A stretch of 64,000 bases of DNA from a virus. Shown here in pieces: positions 35,472 to 45,300 of this stretch (positions within the stretch are counted from its first letter, which is position 1; each line of letters starts with the position of its first letter). The stretch is taken from IMG/VR virus record IMGVR_UViG_3300047510_001751, positions 64,001-128,000 of that record. One strand, 5' to 3'. Below the pieces are notes generated by a model. It had not been told where the DNA came from. It saw only the letters and a list, made by a program, of their open reading frames with translations, and searched no databases. The position numbers were made by a program, and so were the translations under genes.

Positions 35472-36280
35472 AGTAGATCAATAGTTCCATTAAATCCAAA
35501 GTCATCGTCTGGCATCACAAAAGCATCATCTGCTGAAGTAATTACTCCATCTTCATTATAATCTTCTAATGCTTTTGGACTATACGAGAATCTAGCATTA
35601 CGCTTACTTTCTTGTAGATCGCCAACAGTTTCGTAAATAATAGCCTTACGGATGATGTCAGCCTGATTGAAAGGACCATAGATATATGACTTGGCAGTAA
35701 ATTGAAAAGTCCAAGTAATTGATCTACGGTTAGCGTACTCACCATCCCATGAATCATCAAGATCAATATTGTTTAATACTATAGCAACGTCTTTCTTTTC
35801 ATCCATGTCTGGAATGAAATTAATTGTGACATTGAAATTTGGTTGGAAGTATGGTAGAATCTGTTCGACAATCTGTAGTCCATCATCCTGTGACTTCACT
35901 AGAACTCCTAGTTCAAAATCAATATTGTAAGGAACAGGAACATACTGAACTCTTACTTCATTGCCATTATCAGCAACAACAGTTCTGTATTTTTGAATAG
36001 GACTTACTTTTCTGGCACTATCATAATTAATATTAGTCATCTCGAAATACATACGAGGTAATCTCATATACTCGTATGGTGCTCCTGGAGTAGGATCTGG
36101 GTTCTGCTCGATACGAGCCAAGAACTTATCCTTTGGACCATAAGCAAGAGGAACTTTCTGGACCTCAAGAACTTCTTTGGTTTGAGGATCTTTTCTTTGA
36201 ACCTCGATATTGTTGAATAGTGTTCCGAAGCCAACTACAGTTTTTCGTATTGCTTCGTTATAAAAATGAGTTCCTAACAT
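35468..36280 (-). CDS. gp15: Tail sheath stabiliser/completion protein (T4 gp15)
   Basis: FY..AIRKTVVGFGTLFNNI, VPLAYGPKDKFL, QIVEQILPYFQP. Confidence 0.95.
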   Translation of the reverse strand: MLGTHFYNEAIRKTVVGFGTLFNNIEVQRKDPQTKEVLEVQKVPLAYGPKDKFLARIEQNPDPTPGAPYEYMRLPRMYFEMTNINYDSARKVSPIQKYRTVVADNGNEVRVQYVPVPYNIDFELGVLVKSQDDGLQIVEQILPYFQPNFNVTINFIPDMDEKKDVAIVLNNIDLDDSWDGEYANRRSITWTFQFTAKSYIYGPFNQADIIRKAIIYETVGDLQESKRNARFSYSPKALEDYNEDGVITSADDAFVMPDDDFGFNGTIDLL

Positions 36281-37158
36281 TAAAAGCTATCCATAAAATT
36301 GCCATACTCTCCAAATGGATTCTTTTCACTAAAATCAAGAATGCCATCTGACTCGTCTTGAATATATTTATTTTGATCGTAATCAGTATTAGGATCTTCT
36401 TGAGTTCTGAACGATTCTACAACCCAATCAGCTTCAGATTCTGAGCCAACTAACATTTCATCTTCAACAAATGTTCCATCTCTAGTAATAACACGAAGAG
36501 TATTTGTTTCGGAATTCCAACTAGAAACTTTAGCAGTAACACCAGATACACTTCCAGTTACAATTTCGCCAACTTCATAAGGAACAATACCACTACCAGA
36601 AACCATCACAATATCAATAGCAGGAGTAAGAATATTTTCAATGAGATCAATATCAGCAATTCCAGTATCAATAGATTCATTGCCCATCTCATAGATCTCG
36701 GCAGTGATCTGATAAAACTGTAGTTTACCAAATTGATGGAATACAGCTTCTACTTCCACGAATTTAATTTCGTAAAGATCTTTGGTGAGAGGGAAGAATA
36801 ATAAGTCACCTTCCAGTGGTCTTATAATACTCTTATAATCGTTAGCTGTTGCTTCTTGAATCCATCTTCTCTGGGATACAATAAATTTAATCTCATCAGT
36901 TACCTTGAGACCAAATTTACTAATAAATTCTGATTGTCCAAATCCTTCTACATTTTGAAGATACATTTCAATCTTGAATTGCTCTTCAAATTTTGAGTAG
37001 ATAATATCGTCTAGTGTATTTTCATTCAGTAACGTTCTTGGTAGATAATAGATATCCGTTCCAAACAGTTTAATCTGTTCGTCAACAAGATCTTGAACGA
37101 GACTTTGCTCGCCCGAATATCCACTATAGTATTCTGGAAAGTAAGGACTAGTAGGCAT
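36280..37158 (-). CDS. gp14: Neck protein (T4 gp14)
   Basis: E.IKLFGTD.YYLPR, SKFGL, P.EGDL.FFP, FSEKNPFG. Confidence 0.95.
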   Translation of the reverse strand: MPTSPYFPEYYSGYSGEQSLVQDLVDEQIKLFGTDIYYLPRTLLNENTLDDIIYSKFEEQFKIEMYLQNVEGFGQSEFISKFGLKVTDEIKFIVSQRRWIQEATANDYKSIIRPLEGDLLFFPLTKDLYEIKFVEVEAVFHQFGKLQFYQITAEIYEMGNESIDTGIADIDLIENILTPAIDIVMVSGSGIVPYEVGEIVTGSVSGVTAKVSSWNSETNTLRVITRDGTFVEDEMLVGSESEADWVVESFRTQEDPNTDYDQNKYIQDESDGILDFSEKNPFGEYGNFMDSF

Positions 37159-37159
37159 C

Positions 37160-37990
37160 TTATCCGATCATATCCATTGGAGGTAGGGAGTAATCTGTGA
37201 GCATTCTTGCTTCTAGATCTTTAACTTCATTGTCGCCATCCTCCCAGATCTGACGACCATTTAATGTAATGCCACCAGGCAATTGAACGTTATTATATTT
37301 GATGAGGTTCTGACCCCACTGACGCTTCATTAAGGCAGTGGCGTAACGCTTAACAAAACTATCATTCCATACCTGACCCCATTCTGCTGGATCTAAAGCA
37401 CGATAGCAATCAATAACCAGATAGTTGCCCTCAGTAATTCTATCAACATCAATGTCAAGATATAATCTATCTTGTCTCTTGTTGAAACGAAACTCAACGA
37501 GAGCACCAGTGTTAATGACCATATCGATATCTTCAAAATATCTTTTGATCATGTAGTAGTTTGCTAGGTCAAAGTGACCAAAAGTATAACCAGCAGAAAA
37601 TGAAAAGATATCCATGAGGAAATACTGATTACTAAATCCCCACATGTCATTACGAGCAAAGTTAGAGGTAACACCAAATACCTTTTGTATACCAATTACA
37701 TGATCTGGTACTTCAATGAAATTTTTTCTATTAATCCATTCTGATCCATCTGGATCTGCTGTGTTAGTAAGTTCGTCTGTTTCTTTAAATCTTGTTACAT
37801 CATCGGCAGTAATTTGATGCTTGAGATACATTCTCTCGATGCCATCAAAGTGATACTCTTGGTAATATTGGATAGCAGTATCAATAATATCATCAACTTG
37901 ATCATCATCAATATTAATTTGTAGCACAGGAGCACCTAACTGTCTCTTACAGTAATTAACTAGTTCCTGTCTTGATGATGGCTTTGCCAT
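37160..37990 (-). CDS. gp13: Neck protein (T4 gp13)
   Basis: LGAPVL.IN.DDDQ, YATAL.KRQWGQNL.KY...LPGG.TLNG. Confidence 0.95.
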   Translation of the reverse strand: MAKPSSRQELVNYCKRQLGAPVLQINIDDDQVDDIIDTAIQYYQEYHFDGIERMYLKHQITADDVTRFKETDELTNTADPDGSEWINRKNFIEVPDHVIGIQKVFGVTSNFARNDMWGFSNQYFLMDIFSFSAGYTFGHFDLANYYMIKRYFEDIDMVINTGALVEFRFNKRQDRLYLDIDVDRITEGNYLVIDCYRALDPAEWGQVWNDSFVKRYATALMKRQWGQNLIKYNNVQLPGGITLNGRQIWEDGDNEVKDLEARMLTDYSLPPMDMIG

Positions 37991-38002
37991 TTAATTAGAT
38001 AC

Positions 38003-38036
38003 AAAAAATCCCTACCTGTATTTAGCAGATAGGGAT
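38003..38036 (-). terminator. Terminator whose loop holds the gp13 late promoter (CTAAATA)
   Basis: Minus strand ATCCCTATCTG-CTAAATA-CAGGTAGGGAT followed by T-run. Confidence 0.75.
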
Positions 38037-38056
38037 ATTGGGTTATATTTATTTAA

Positions 38057-38242
38057 TTATTCTGCTGAAGCTTCTTCTGTCTCTTCTGCTGGAGGATTGA
38101 GAAGAGCTAGGGTTTCAAGACCACCCTGAAGTTTCAGTTTATATTCTTTTGCTTTTTCGAGGTTTGCTTCGAGTTCGAAAATTTGCTTTTCTGCTGTAGC
38201 AAGTTGCTCTTCGAAGTTCTTTTTGAGTTGTTCAGTGTCCAT
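38057..38242 (-). CDS. Small coiled-coil protein (61 aa)
   Basis: MDTEQLKKNFEEQL...LKLQGGLETL; TATAAATA at 38272-38279 upstream supports the ATG at 38242. Confidence 0.75.
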   Translation of the reverse strand: MDTEQLKKNFEEQLATAEKQIFELEANLEKAKEYKLKLQGGLETLALLNPPAEETEEASAE

Positions 38243-38270
38243 GTCGTTAATGTAAAATGATGTGACTAAT

Positions 38271-38948
38271 TTATTTATATACCTCCATAAAGTAAACCAT
38301 AGTGTGCCTAACATCAGTTGCCCATCTGGGACCTATTGTTGAAGCATGATGAACATTACCATCGTATATAATTAATCTATTATATTTTGCTGGCAAAAAT
38401 CCAATTTTATTTACATCAGAATGCTCTACCCATGATTGTGATGTTTTATGTAATCCATGTTTATTAAATATTGCTGTTCCATCAGTATCGTCATATTCTT
38501 TATTAAAATATGTAATACTTGCTATAGTATTTGGACCATCTTGATGAGGACCGTAGTAACAATTTTTGTATTTTAAATACGCTTCTGGCGTTATATTAAA
38601 TAAATTATTTGACAACAAAAATGTTTTTTCCGTTGATATATCTACAGGAATTAAATTAAAACATTTGTTTACTATATCTTCTAAAACAGATATAAACAAT
38701 TCTTTTTTGTAAAAAACAAATTGTGACCTACCATCATAATACTCCGTTCCATTGGCAGGAACATCATACGCTCCCGCTAATTTTACAGTTGGTATTTTTA
38801 AAGCTAACTCATGTATTTTATCAGGATACGTCCAAAAATCATCAATAACTAAGTAATCTCCCCACGTATCACTATAAACTTTAACGTCAAAATTATTTAC
38901 GGAAAAAATATCCGAAGTAATTAAATCAGGTAAATTAATATTATTCAT
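38271..38948 (-). CDS. 2OG-Fe(II) oxygenase-like protein (DUF6445-like)
   Basis: PHQD (HxD)...YNRLIIYDG..HHA...R; VIDDFW..PD motif. Confidence 0.75.
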   Translation of the reverse strand: MNNINLPDLITSDIFSVNNFDVKVYSDTWGDYLVIDDFWTYPDKIHELALKIPTVKLAGAYDVPANGTEYYDGRSQFVFYKKELFISVLEDIVNKCFNLIPVDISTEKTFLLSNNLFNITPEAYLKYKNCYYGPHQDGPNTIASITYFNKEYDDTDGTAIFNKHGLHKTSQSWVEHSDVNKIGFLPAKYNRLIIYDGNVHHASTIGPRWATDVRHTMVYFMEVYK

Positions 38949-39535
38949 ACAAATCTAGGACCTAATATCCATCCAACCAAAGATTTTCTATTACCTTTTT
39001 TTACTTTTAAAACTCTATGTTTTAATGAGCTATCAAATACAGCAATAACTCCTCGTTCTTTTGGCACAGTAAATAATTCATTAGTAGATGAAGACATTAT
39101 TTGAACATCACCACCTTCATATTCAGATGGATCCGATAATTGTAATGTAAAAGATAATTTTCTTACATCTCCATTTTGATATGGATTGATAGAATCTGTG
39201 TGCCAATTATAAAATTCTCCTTCGGAATATGTAGTATATTGAATTTGATTTTGATCGAAAGAATGAATATTATAATTAAAATTTTCTTTATTTGCTATTT
39301 TTATAAAATAATCACACATAGCCCCAACCCACGTAGAAGAATTAATAAATTGAATTTTACTTTTTCTTATATTTAAATTTACTCCCTCTCCCGTCATTCC
39401 GTAATCTAATTCATCTTCATTCACATTAAAATTATTTTTTAATTCCTTTTCAATAATATCAACTATATCTTTGGGCAATCCAGTGCTAACCCAATACATA
39501 TCAAATTTTTCTGACGGCGAATTAAATTTAAGCAT
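38945..39535 (-). CDS. 2OG-Fe(II) oxygenase (PKHD/prolyl-4-hydroxylase-like)
   Basis: YNWHTD, RKLSFTLQLS....YEGG, HRV..V..G.RKSLVGW. Confidence 0.92.
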   Translation of the reverse strand: MLKFNSPSEKFDMYWVSTGLPKDIVDIIEKELKNNFNVNEDELDYGMTGEGVNLNIRKSKIQFINSSTWVGAMCDYFIKIANKENFNYNIHSFDQNQIQYTTYSEGEFYNWHTDSINPYQNGDVRKLSFTLQLSDPSEYEGGDVQIMSSSTNELFTVPKERGVIAVFDSSLKHRVLKVKKGNRKSLVGWILGPRFV

Positions 39536-40112
39536 TACTGTCCTCCATAAAAGATTTTAATATATCCTGAATATAAATATTACCCTCACCGCCATCATAT
39601 TGAAATACCATAGTCAATCTTCCGTTAGATTCAGATAAACATGTAGATGGTCTAGATCCGTGATGTAAAGATGTTGGAGCAATAACAACTCTACCTGGCT
39701 TGGGTAAAACCGAAATTGTAAAATCTGGGTTTTCTGATTTCGAAAAATATGTATCACCTCCCCAATGTTGCTCCCATTTAGTGTTTAGATATACTATAAA
39801 ACTAATTCCGTATGGGGTATCATAGCAATCTCGATGAGTGTCACAAAAATCTAATTGTTTAAATAAATTAATCAATACTCTATTAAAATTTGGGATATCA
39901 AAAGAAAAATTTTGTTTTAATTTTTCCAAAACCAAATTTACTACAAAATCATCTTTTTCTGGAAAGGCAGTAAAACTAGAAATTCTGTTTGTTATATCGT
40001 TAGTTAATCTATAAATTTGTAATCCATACGCCCACTTTTCTAAATCTTCAATTTCTTCTGGTAAAAAAATGTCATCAACAATAATGACATCTTCAATGTA
40101 ATTAATTTTCAC
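39528..40112 (-). CDS. 2OG-Fe(II) oxygenase (prolyl-hydroxylase-like)
   Basis: THRD, IVYLN..W...WGG.T.F, PKPGRVV....HHGS...R. Confidence 0.9.
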   Translation of the reverse strand: MKINYIEDVIIVDDIFLPEEIEDLEKWAYGLQIYRLTNDITNRISSFTAFPEKDDFVVNLVLEKLKQNFSFDIPNFNRVLINLFKQLDFCDTHRDCYDTPYGISFIVYLNTKWEQHWGGDTYFSKSENPDFTISVLPKPGRVVIAPTSLHHGSRPSTCLSESNGRLTMVFQYDGGEGNIYIQDILKSFMEDSNA

Positions 40113-40728
40113 GACTATAAATGCTCCGAAACCATCCAGTTAAAATATATTTGTTTTTTGTAAATACTGTATTGCCTCTATGTAAATGAGTATAAGCAGC
40201 GGGCCAAATGAGAGTAGTACCAGCGGTAGGTTTAACTCTTAATTTTTGATGAAAAAATTCTGTTTCAGCTTCTCCATCAGGCATATCATTTAAATAAATC
40301 ATCCATGCTACATGCCTACTATTAAAAAATTGAGATGATCCCACACGTTCAGTGTGCCAAACATGATAACCTCCCCCAGGCGGGGTTCGCTGCATTTTAA
40401 TTTCCGTACAGGCTAAAGCAGTTGTATTTAAATCTGGATATTCTTTAGAATATTTGTCGTATGCTATTTGTAAATATTCGTAACAAGTATCAGATAATCC
40501 ATTATCTAAAATATTTAAAAATATTGAAATATCATTTCTTCCAGTTATACCCAAATTAAATTGTTTATCACCTGAAGATATTACGGTGTCATCTTCTGTA
40601 GTGTAATTTACATCTCCAAAATTCATTAATTTTTTGTTTGTTGTAAATTCAAACCATTCAATATATTCTTCACATAATTGTTTAGGCAAAAGATTTTCAA
40701 AAATTCCAATATGATCAATTATTTTCAT
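40102..40728 (-). CDS. 2OG-Fe(II) oxygenase
   Basis: GGGYHVWHTE, MIYLND, KPTAGT.LIWPA..THLHRG...KYILTGW. Confidence 0.92.
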   Translation of the reverse strand: MKIIDHIGIFENLLPKQLCEEYIEWFEFTTNKKLMNFGDVNYTTEDDTVISSGDKQFNLGITGRNDISIFLNILDNGLSDTCYEYLQIAYDKYSKEYPDLNTTALACTEIKMQRTPPGGGYHVWHTERVGSSQFFNSRHVAWMIYLNDMPDGEAETEFFHQKLRVKPTAGTTLIWPAAYTHLHRGNTVFTKNKYILTGWFRSIYSREN

Positions 40729-40748
40729 AGTTAATTTTTATCTACTAG

Positions 40749-40755
40749 TATTTAG
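40749..40755 (-). promoter_or_regulatory. Late-type promoter CTAAATA for the oxygenase cluster
   Basis: CTAAATA overlapping the adhesin stop, about 21 nt before the ATG at 40728; same variant precedes gp13 and the gp67-like gene. Confidence 0.55.
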
Positions 40756-42332
40756 GTTGTCCCAGAAACAGTTCCTGTGTATGAATATGTATATGCTTGA
40801 TTTGCTCTGACTGCTCTTCCAGCAGCTCCCCCTGTTCCTCCACCTGCTGCACCCCAATCACCTCCAGACGCTCCTGGATTTCCAGCACCACCAGTATTTC
40901 CTGTTGCTCCAGTATTTCCTCGTGCTCCAGAATTTCCTGAAGCACCTCTACTTCCTGCATTTCCTGCCGCTCCAGCAGCACCATTGTTTCCAGGATTACC
41001 GTTATTCCCTCTTCCTCCAGCATTACCAGTGGCTCTTACCGTTTCTGAACTATTCGAACAGTTAGTGTTCCTCCGACTAGTTACTTGTCTTGTCCAAGAA
41101 CCAGGAGCTGTATTTGTTCTTCCAGCGTTACCAGGCGCACCAGCACCACCAGCACCAGCACCAGATCCAGCAGTTCCAGCAATACCTGCGCTTCTTGTCC
41201 ATGTTGTTGGTGAGGCAAGACCAGCGTTTCCTGGAGTGCCAGCAGTGCCAGCAGAACCAGTGCTGCCAGATAACCCAGCATTACCTGTTATTGGTCCTGT
41301 TAAATTATTATATCCTCTTCCAGCGCCTCCAGTTCCACCAGCACCGCCTGCTCCACCAGCACCGCCTGCTCCACCAGCGCCACCAGTTCCACCAGCGCCA
41401 CCTGGACCACCTAATCCATTTTGACCAGGATTTCCTGAATTACCTGGATTACCTCTAGCACCACCAGCACCACCAGTACCAGCTCCACCTGTTGTAGATC
41501 TAGAACCAGAATTAACAGGTCCACCAAGACGCCTGTTACACTGGGTGGGGAAACTAAAGGGAGACCATCTTTGTGTTGTTCTGTCTGGTCTTGTTACTGT
41601 AACATTATTTCCATTTGCTCCAGTATTTCCAGGATTTCCAAATGCTCCAGCCGTTCCAGCAGTTGCTCCATTACCAGCAGCTCCAGTATTTCCAGTATTT
41701 CCATTGGCTCCAGTATTTCCTGCTGCTCCAGTATTGCCAGGAGTGCCACTATTACCCCCTGTACCACCACCACCACCGCCTCTAATGGAACCAGTAGAAC
41801 CACTTACTGTGTAACCAACTACCGAAATCAGAACAGCATCTCCTCCAGGATTTCCTGCTACTCCAGCAGCACCTCCTGTACCTCCCCCACCATAAATGTT
41901 TCCGCCAGAAACTTGAATATTTACATTTCCAGCAACAGTTCCCGTACCAGATGATAGTGCTGTATTTCCAGCTGAAGTAGCTCCAACTGTACCTGTAATT
42001 ACCACACGTTTAGGAATTACTTTATTGTAGTTACTATTCCATTGAGTTAATGTAGAAATAGTAACATTTGTATCAGTTCCAGATTGTGTTACTACAGATT
42101 CTTTTATTGTATTTCTGTATTTACTAGCAGATATTAGAGCATTGGTTGTAGGAACGGCAGCATTTTCAGTAGCATCATAAATGTATGGTGCTACTGTAGT
42201 ATTAGTTGTTTTTCTTTTTAATTCACTATATGAAATTGAACCTGATGTTGTTCCTTTGTAAGTGTTTCTTAAAGCACTTAAGGAAATAGCACCAGATCCA
42301 AAATTAGTTGTGGTACTGGACGTAATAGCCAT
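40752..42332 (-). CDS. Gly-rich distal tail adhesin (gp38-like) with extended G-X-X repeats
   Basis: NIYGGGGTGG...GGDAV...SIRGGGGGG and terminal GGDWGAAGG..GGAAGRAV resemble T-even gp38; long G-X-X tracts; lies right after an S74-chaperone fibre. Confidence 0.7.
   Translation of the reverse strand: MAITSSTTTNFGSGAISLSALRNTYKGTTSGSISYSELKRKTTNTTVAPYIYDATENAAVPTTNALISASKYRNTIKESVVTQSGTDTNVTISTLTQWNSNYNKVIPKRVVITGTVGATSAGNTALSSGTGTVAGNVNIQVSGGNIYGGGGTGGAAGVAGNPGGDAVLISVVGYTVSGSTGSIRGGGGGGTGGNSGTPGNTGAAGNTGANGNTGNTGAAGNGATAGTAGAFGNPGNTGANGNNVTVTRPDRTTQRWSPFSFPTQCNRRLGGPVNSGSRSTTGGAGTGGAGGARGNPGNSGNPGQNGLGGPGGAGGTGGAGGAGGAGGAGGAGGTGGAGRGYNNLTGPITGNAGLSGSTGSAGTAGTPGNAGLASPTTWTRSAGIAGTAGSGAGAGGAGAPGNAGRTNTAPGSWTRQVTSRRNTNCSNSSETVRATGNAGGRGNNGNPGNNGAAGAAGNAGSRGASGNSGARGNTGATGNTGGAGNPGASGGDWGAAGGGTGGAAGRAVRANQAYTYSYTGTVSGTT
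41335..41370. repeat. Exact 18-nt tandem repeat (2 copies plus degenerate flanks) in a poly-GGA coding tract
   Basis: ccaccagcaccgcctgct x2. Confidence 0.9.
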
Positions 42333-42333
42333 A

Positions 42334-45300
42334 TTACTTATTCTTTAATGACTGTACTTCTTCTTTGAGTTCTTTAATAGCTTCAATTAGTAGTGGAACT
42401 AATCTTTCATACTGAACGGCAAGATAACCATTATCTCTTTCAATTACTGCTTCTGGGAGAACTTCTTTGATCTCTTGAGCAATAACACCAGCTTCACGCT
42501 TAGTTGTATCCTTGCCTTCCGCTAATTCATTCCAATTATATTTAACACCAGAAATCTGTGTTACTTTATCTAGAGCATTATCAATCGTTTCGATATTTGT
42601 CTTTAATCTTCTGTCAGATGAAGCAAACGCTGTAATATCACCTGTACAAGACAAATCACCTGTATTGCTAATCCAAGCTACGTCAGAACTACCTCTACGG
42701 AATCTTACAACTTCAGTTGAACTTGCTCCAGCATTAATATACCATCTGTTTGAATGGTACTCAAGCTTACCTTCGCTAGCACCAGCATCGCCAGTCCAAG
42801 TAGCAACGTTATCTTGACGGAAAGAGCTAGCTCCTCCTAGACGAAGAACACTGTTAGTTCCGCTAGTAAATGTGAATTGAGCACTACCAGCAAGAGCACC
42901 ATTGTTATTATATTGAACCTGAGTATTAGATCCACCAATATCAAATGTTGCCCATTCAATACCAGAAGCAGTTGATTTAATAAATTTACCAGCTCCACTA
43001 TTAGCTAAGAAAATAGTTGCTCCGTCTCCAGATTGATAAGGAACACTGCCAGCAGCACCGCCAGCAAGATTAGTGGCGGTTGTTGCTGTTGTAGCGTTAC
43101 CACTCAAGGCAGCAGTAATAGTACCAGCAGAGAAGTTACCCGAAGCATCTCTGGCAACAAGATTTGTATTACCAGAGGTTGAAGCAGTAACATTAATTGT
43201 TCTTGCTGTGCCACCATTAAATGTAGTGCCAGCGTCATAAGTTAGATATGTTCCAAGTGATAAAGCAGCAGCAGTTGAAGCAGTGATTGTAATGTTAGCA
43301 CTGCCATTAAAGGATACTCCGTTTATTGTTCTGGCAGTTTGTAGTGTCGTGGCAGTAGAAGCGTTACCACTTAAGGTGGCAGTGATAGTACCAGCAGCAA
43401 AGTTGCCAGAACCATCTCTCTTAACCAGCGTGTTATTCGTATTTAATGAAGAAACTGGGTTATTGCCTGTGTGTAAAATAGTGTACTTAGTTGAAGTACC
43501 AACGGACCATCCACCCCAGAATAAATCGTTAGTAGCACCATCAAGACCAAAGTAACCAGCGTAATCTCCAGATACGTGGAACGTTAAGAAAGCATCTCTT
43601 CCAGCAGTATCATTGAAAATAGTTAATGTTTTATTACCAGAACCAGAACCTTGATCACCAGAAGTAGTGTTAATAAGTACTTGATTGCCAGCCAAGAAAG
43701 TTAAACTTCCTGACATAGTATCACCAGACTTCAATACGTTTAGAGAAGCAGCTCCAGTCAAGGAAGCGGTAATTGTCCCAGCAGCAAAGTTACCAGAACC
43801 ATCTCTTTGAACAGCAGTGCTAGCATTGTTTAATGAGGAGAACGTAATATTACCAGCATTCCAAATTACGTTGCTGTTTAATGTAAGAGCATTAGCGTTT
43901 CCTGCTAAAATATTTAATGATCCACTACCATTGGCTGAGTTTCCGCCAGAAACAGCAAGACGTACATTATAAAGACCAGCAGGAGAACTACTAGATCTAA
44001 AATCAATTACTGGAACAGAAGCAGTTCCATCAGTTCTTCCAAGTGATAATCTAGCAGTGCCAGAAACAGATTCTAGTTTAGCAACATCAAATGTTCCAGC
44101 AAAATCACTGATATTGTAATCATTAATAATTTCATTTGTTTGTGTATTACCAATTCGGAAAGCAGCAGCAATATTACCAGATAATAATCTACCAGTTAAG
44201 ATAGTATAATCTAGAGTGTCATCAATATTATTTGAAGTTGATACATTAAGAAGTTCAAAATCACCAACTTTAATACCAATCGAATCAAATAAATCAATCG
44301 TTAATCCAGATACAAATGGTGCTTCCGAAAGAATCTTACCAGAAATATAAACATCAAAGAATGTTTGAGCAACATAAGATTTTACAGTTAATGAATTATC
44401 AACTGATGTAGATCCCAAGAAAGAAGAAATGTGGGAAGGACCAATGATACCAGAATTAATATTATAAGCATTTTGATAGAAAGTACCTTGTCTGCCATCA
44501 AGTAGGTCGGCATCCATTCCAGTGCCAACACCATCATTAATAGAAGTCCAAACTTTAGCCCAGGTGCTGAATGAAGCAACACCAGAACCAGAACCACGAA
44601 TCCATAGGTTATTGTTATCAGTGAAAGCTAATTGCCTTACGCCACCACCAGAGGCATCAGAACCAGTACCAAATTGACGGAATGTAATTACACCGTGTCT
44701 TGTACCACCATCGGCAAGACCGTCAGCAGTATTGTTTCTCGTATCAGCAATAACACCTTCATTGAAAGTTGATGGAGATGGCGATGAAGATGGGTTATTA
44801 ACGCTTGTTGTTAATCTGAGAGTATTAGCTGATTGACCAGAGATATCAATGCCATACAAACCACTACCTAGTTTATCTGGGCTAATAGAAAGATTAACTA
44901 AATTCTGACCATCTCTATAATATAAACCTTGTTGACCATCGAGTAAGTCGGCATCAAGACCAGAACCAGTACCAGTTTTAAGTTCTACTGAACCATCACC
45001 TGAATCTCCAATGTTAAATTGTGACTTTTTAAACCTAGCAACGCCAGTGTTGCCATATTCATTAGCTTCAAGAGTTTTAGCATCAACACGCTTAATGTCG
45101 ATACCAACATTAGCAAAGTTTTTAACACTTGTATTTGTTTTTGCTTCAAGAACAGCATTAGCACCCAAACCAATTTGAACTGGCATTTGAGTGATAGAGA
45201 AATCTGATGAATAAGCACTACCTCCACTAGTTACTAGTACAGTTGTGATGCTACCACCTTCAATGGTAAAGTTAGCTTTTAAACCACTTCCTGTACCACC

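Noticed and set aside
40984-41954. Pro/Ala-rich, Gln/His-rich and Ser/Cys-rich ORFs overlapping the adhesin
   Set aside because: These are alternative-frame and antisense readings of the G-X-X codon repeats, with no SD or promoter support.
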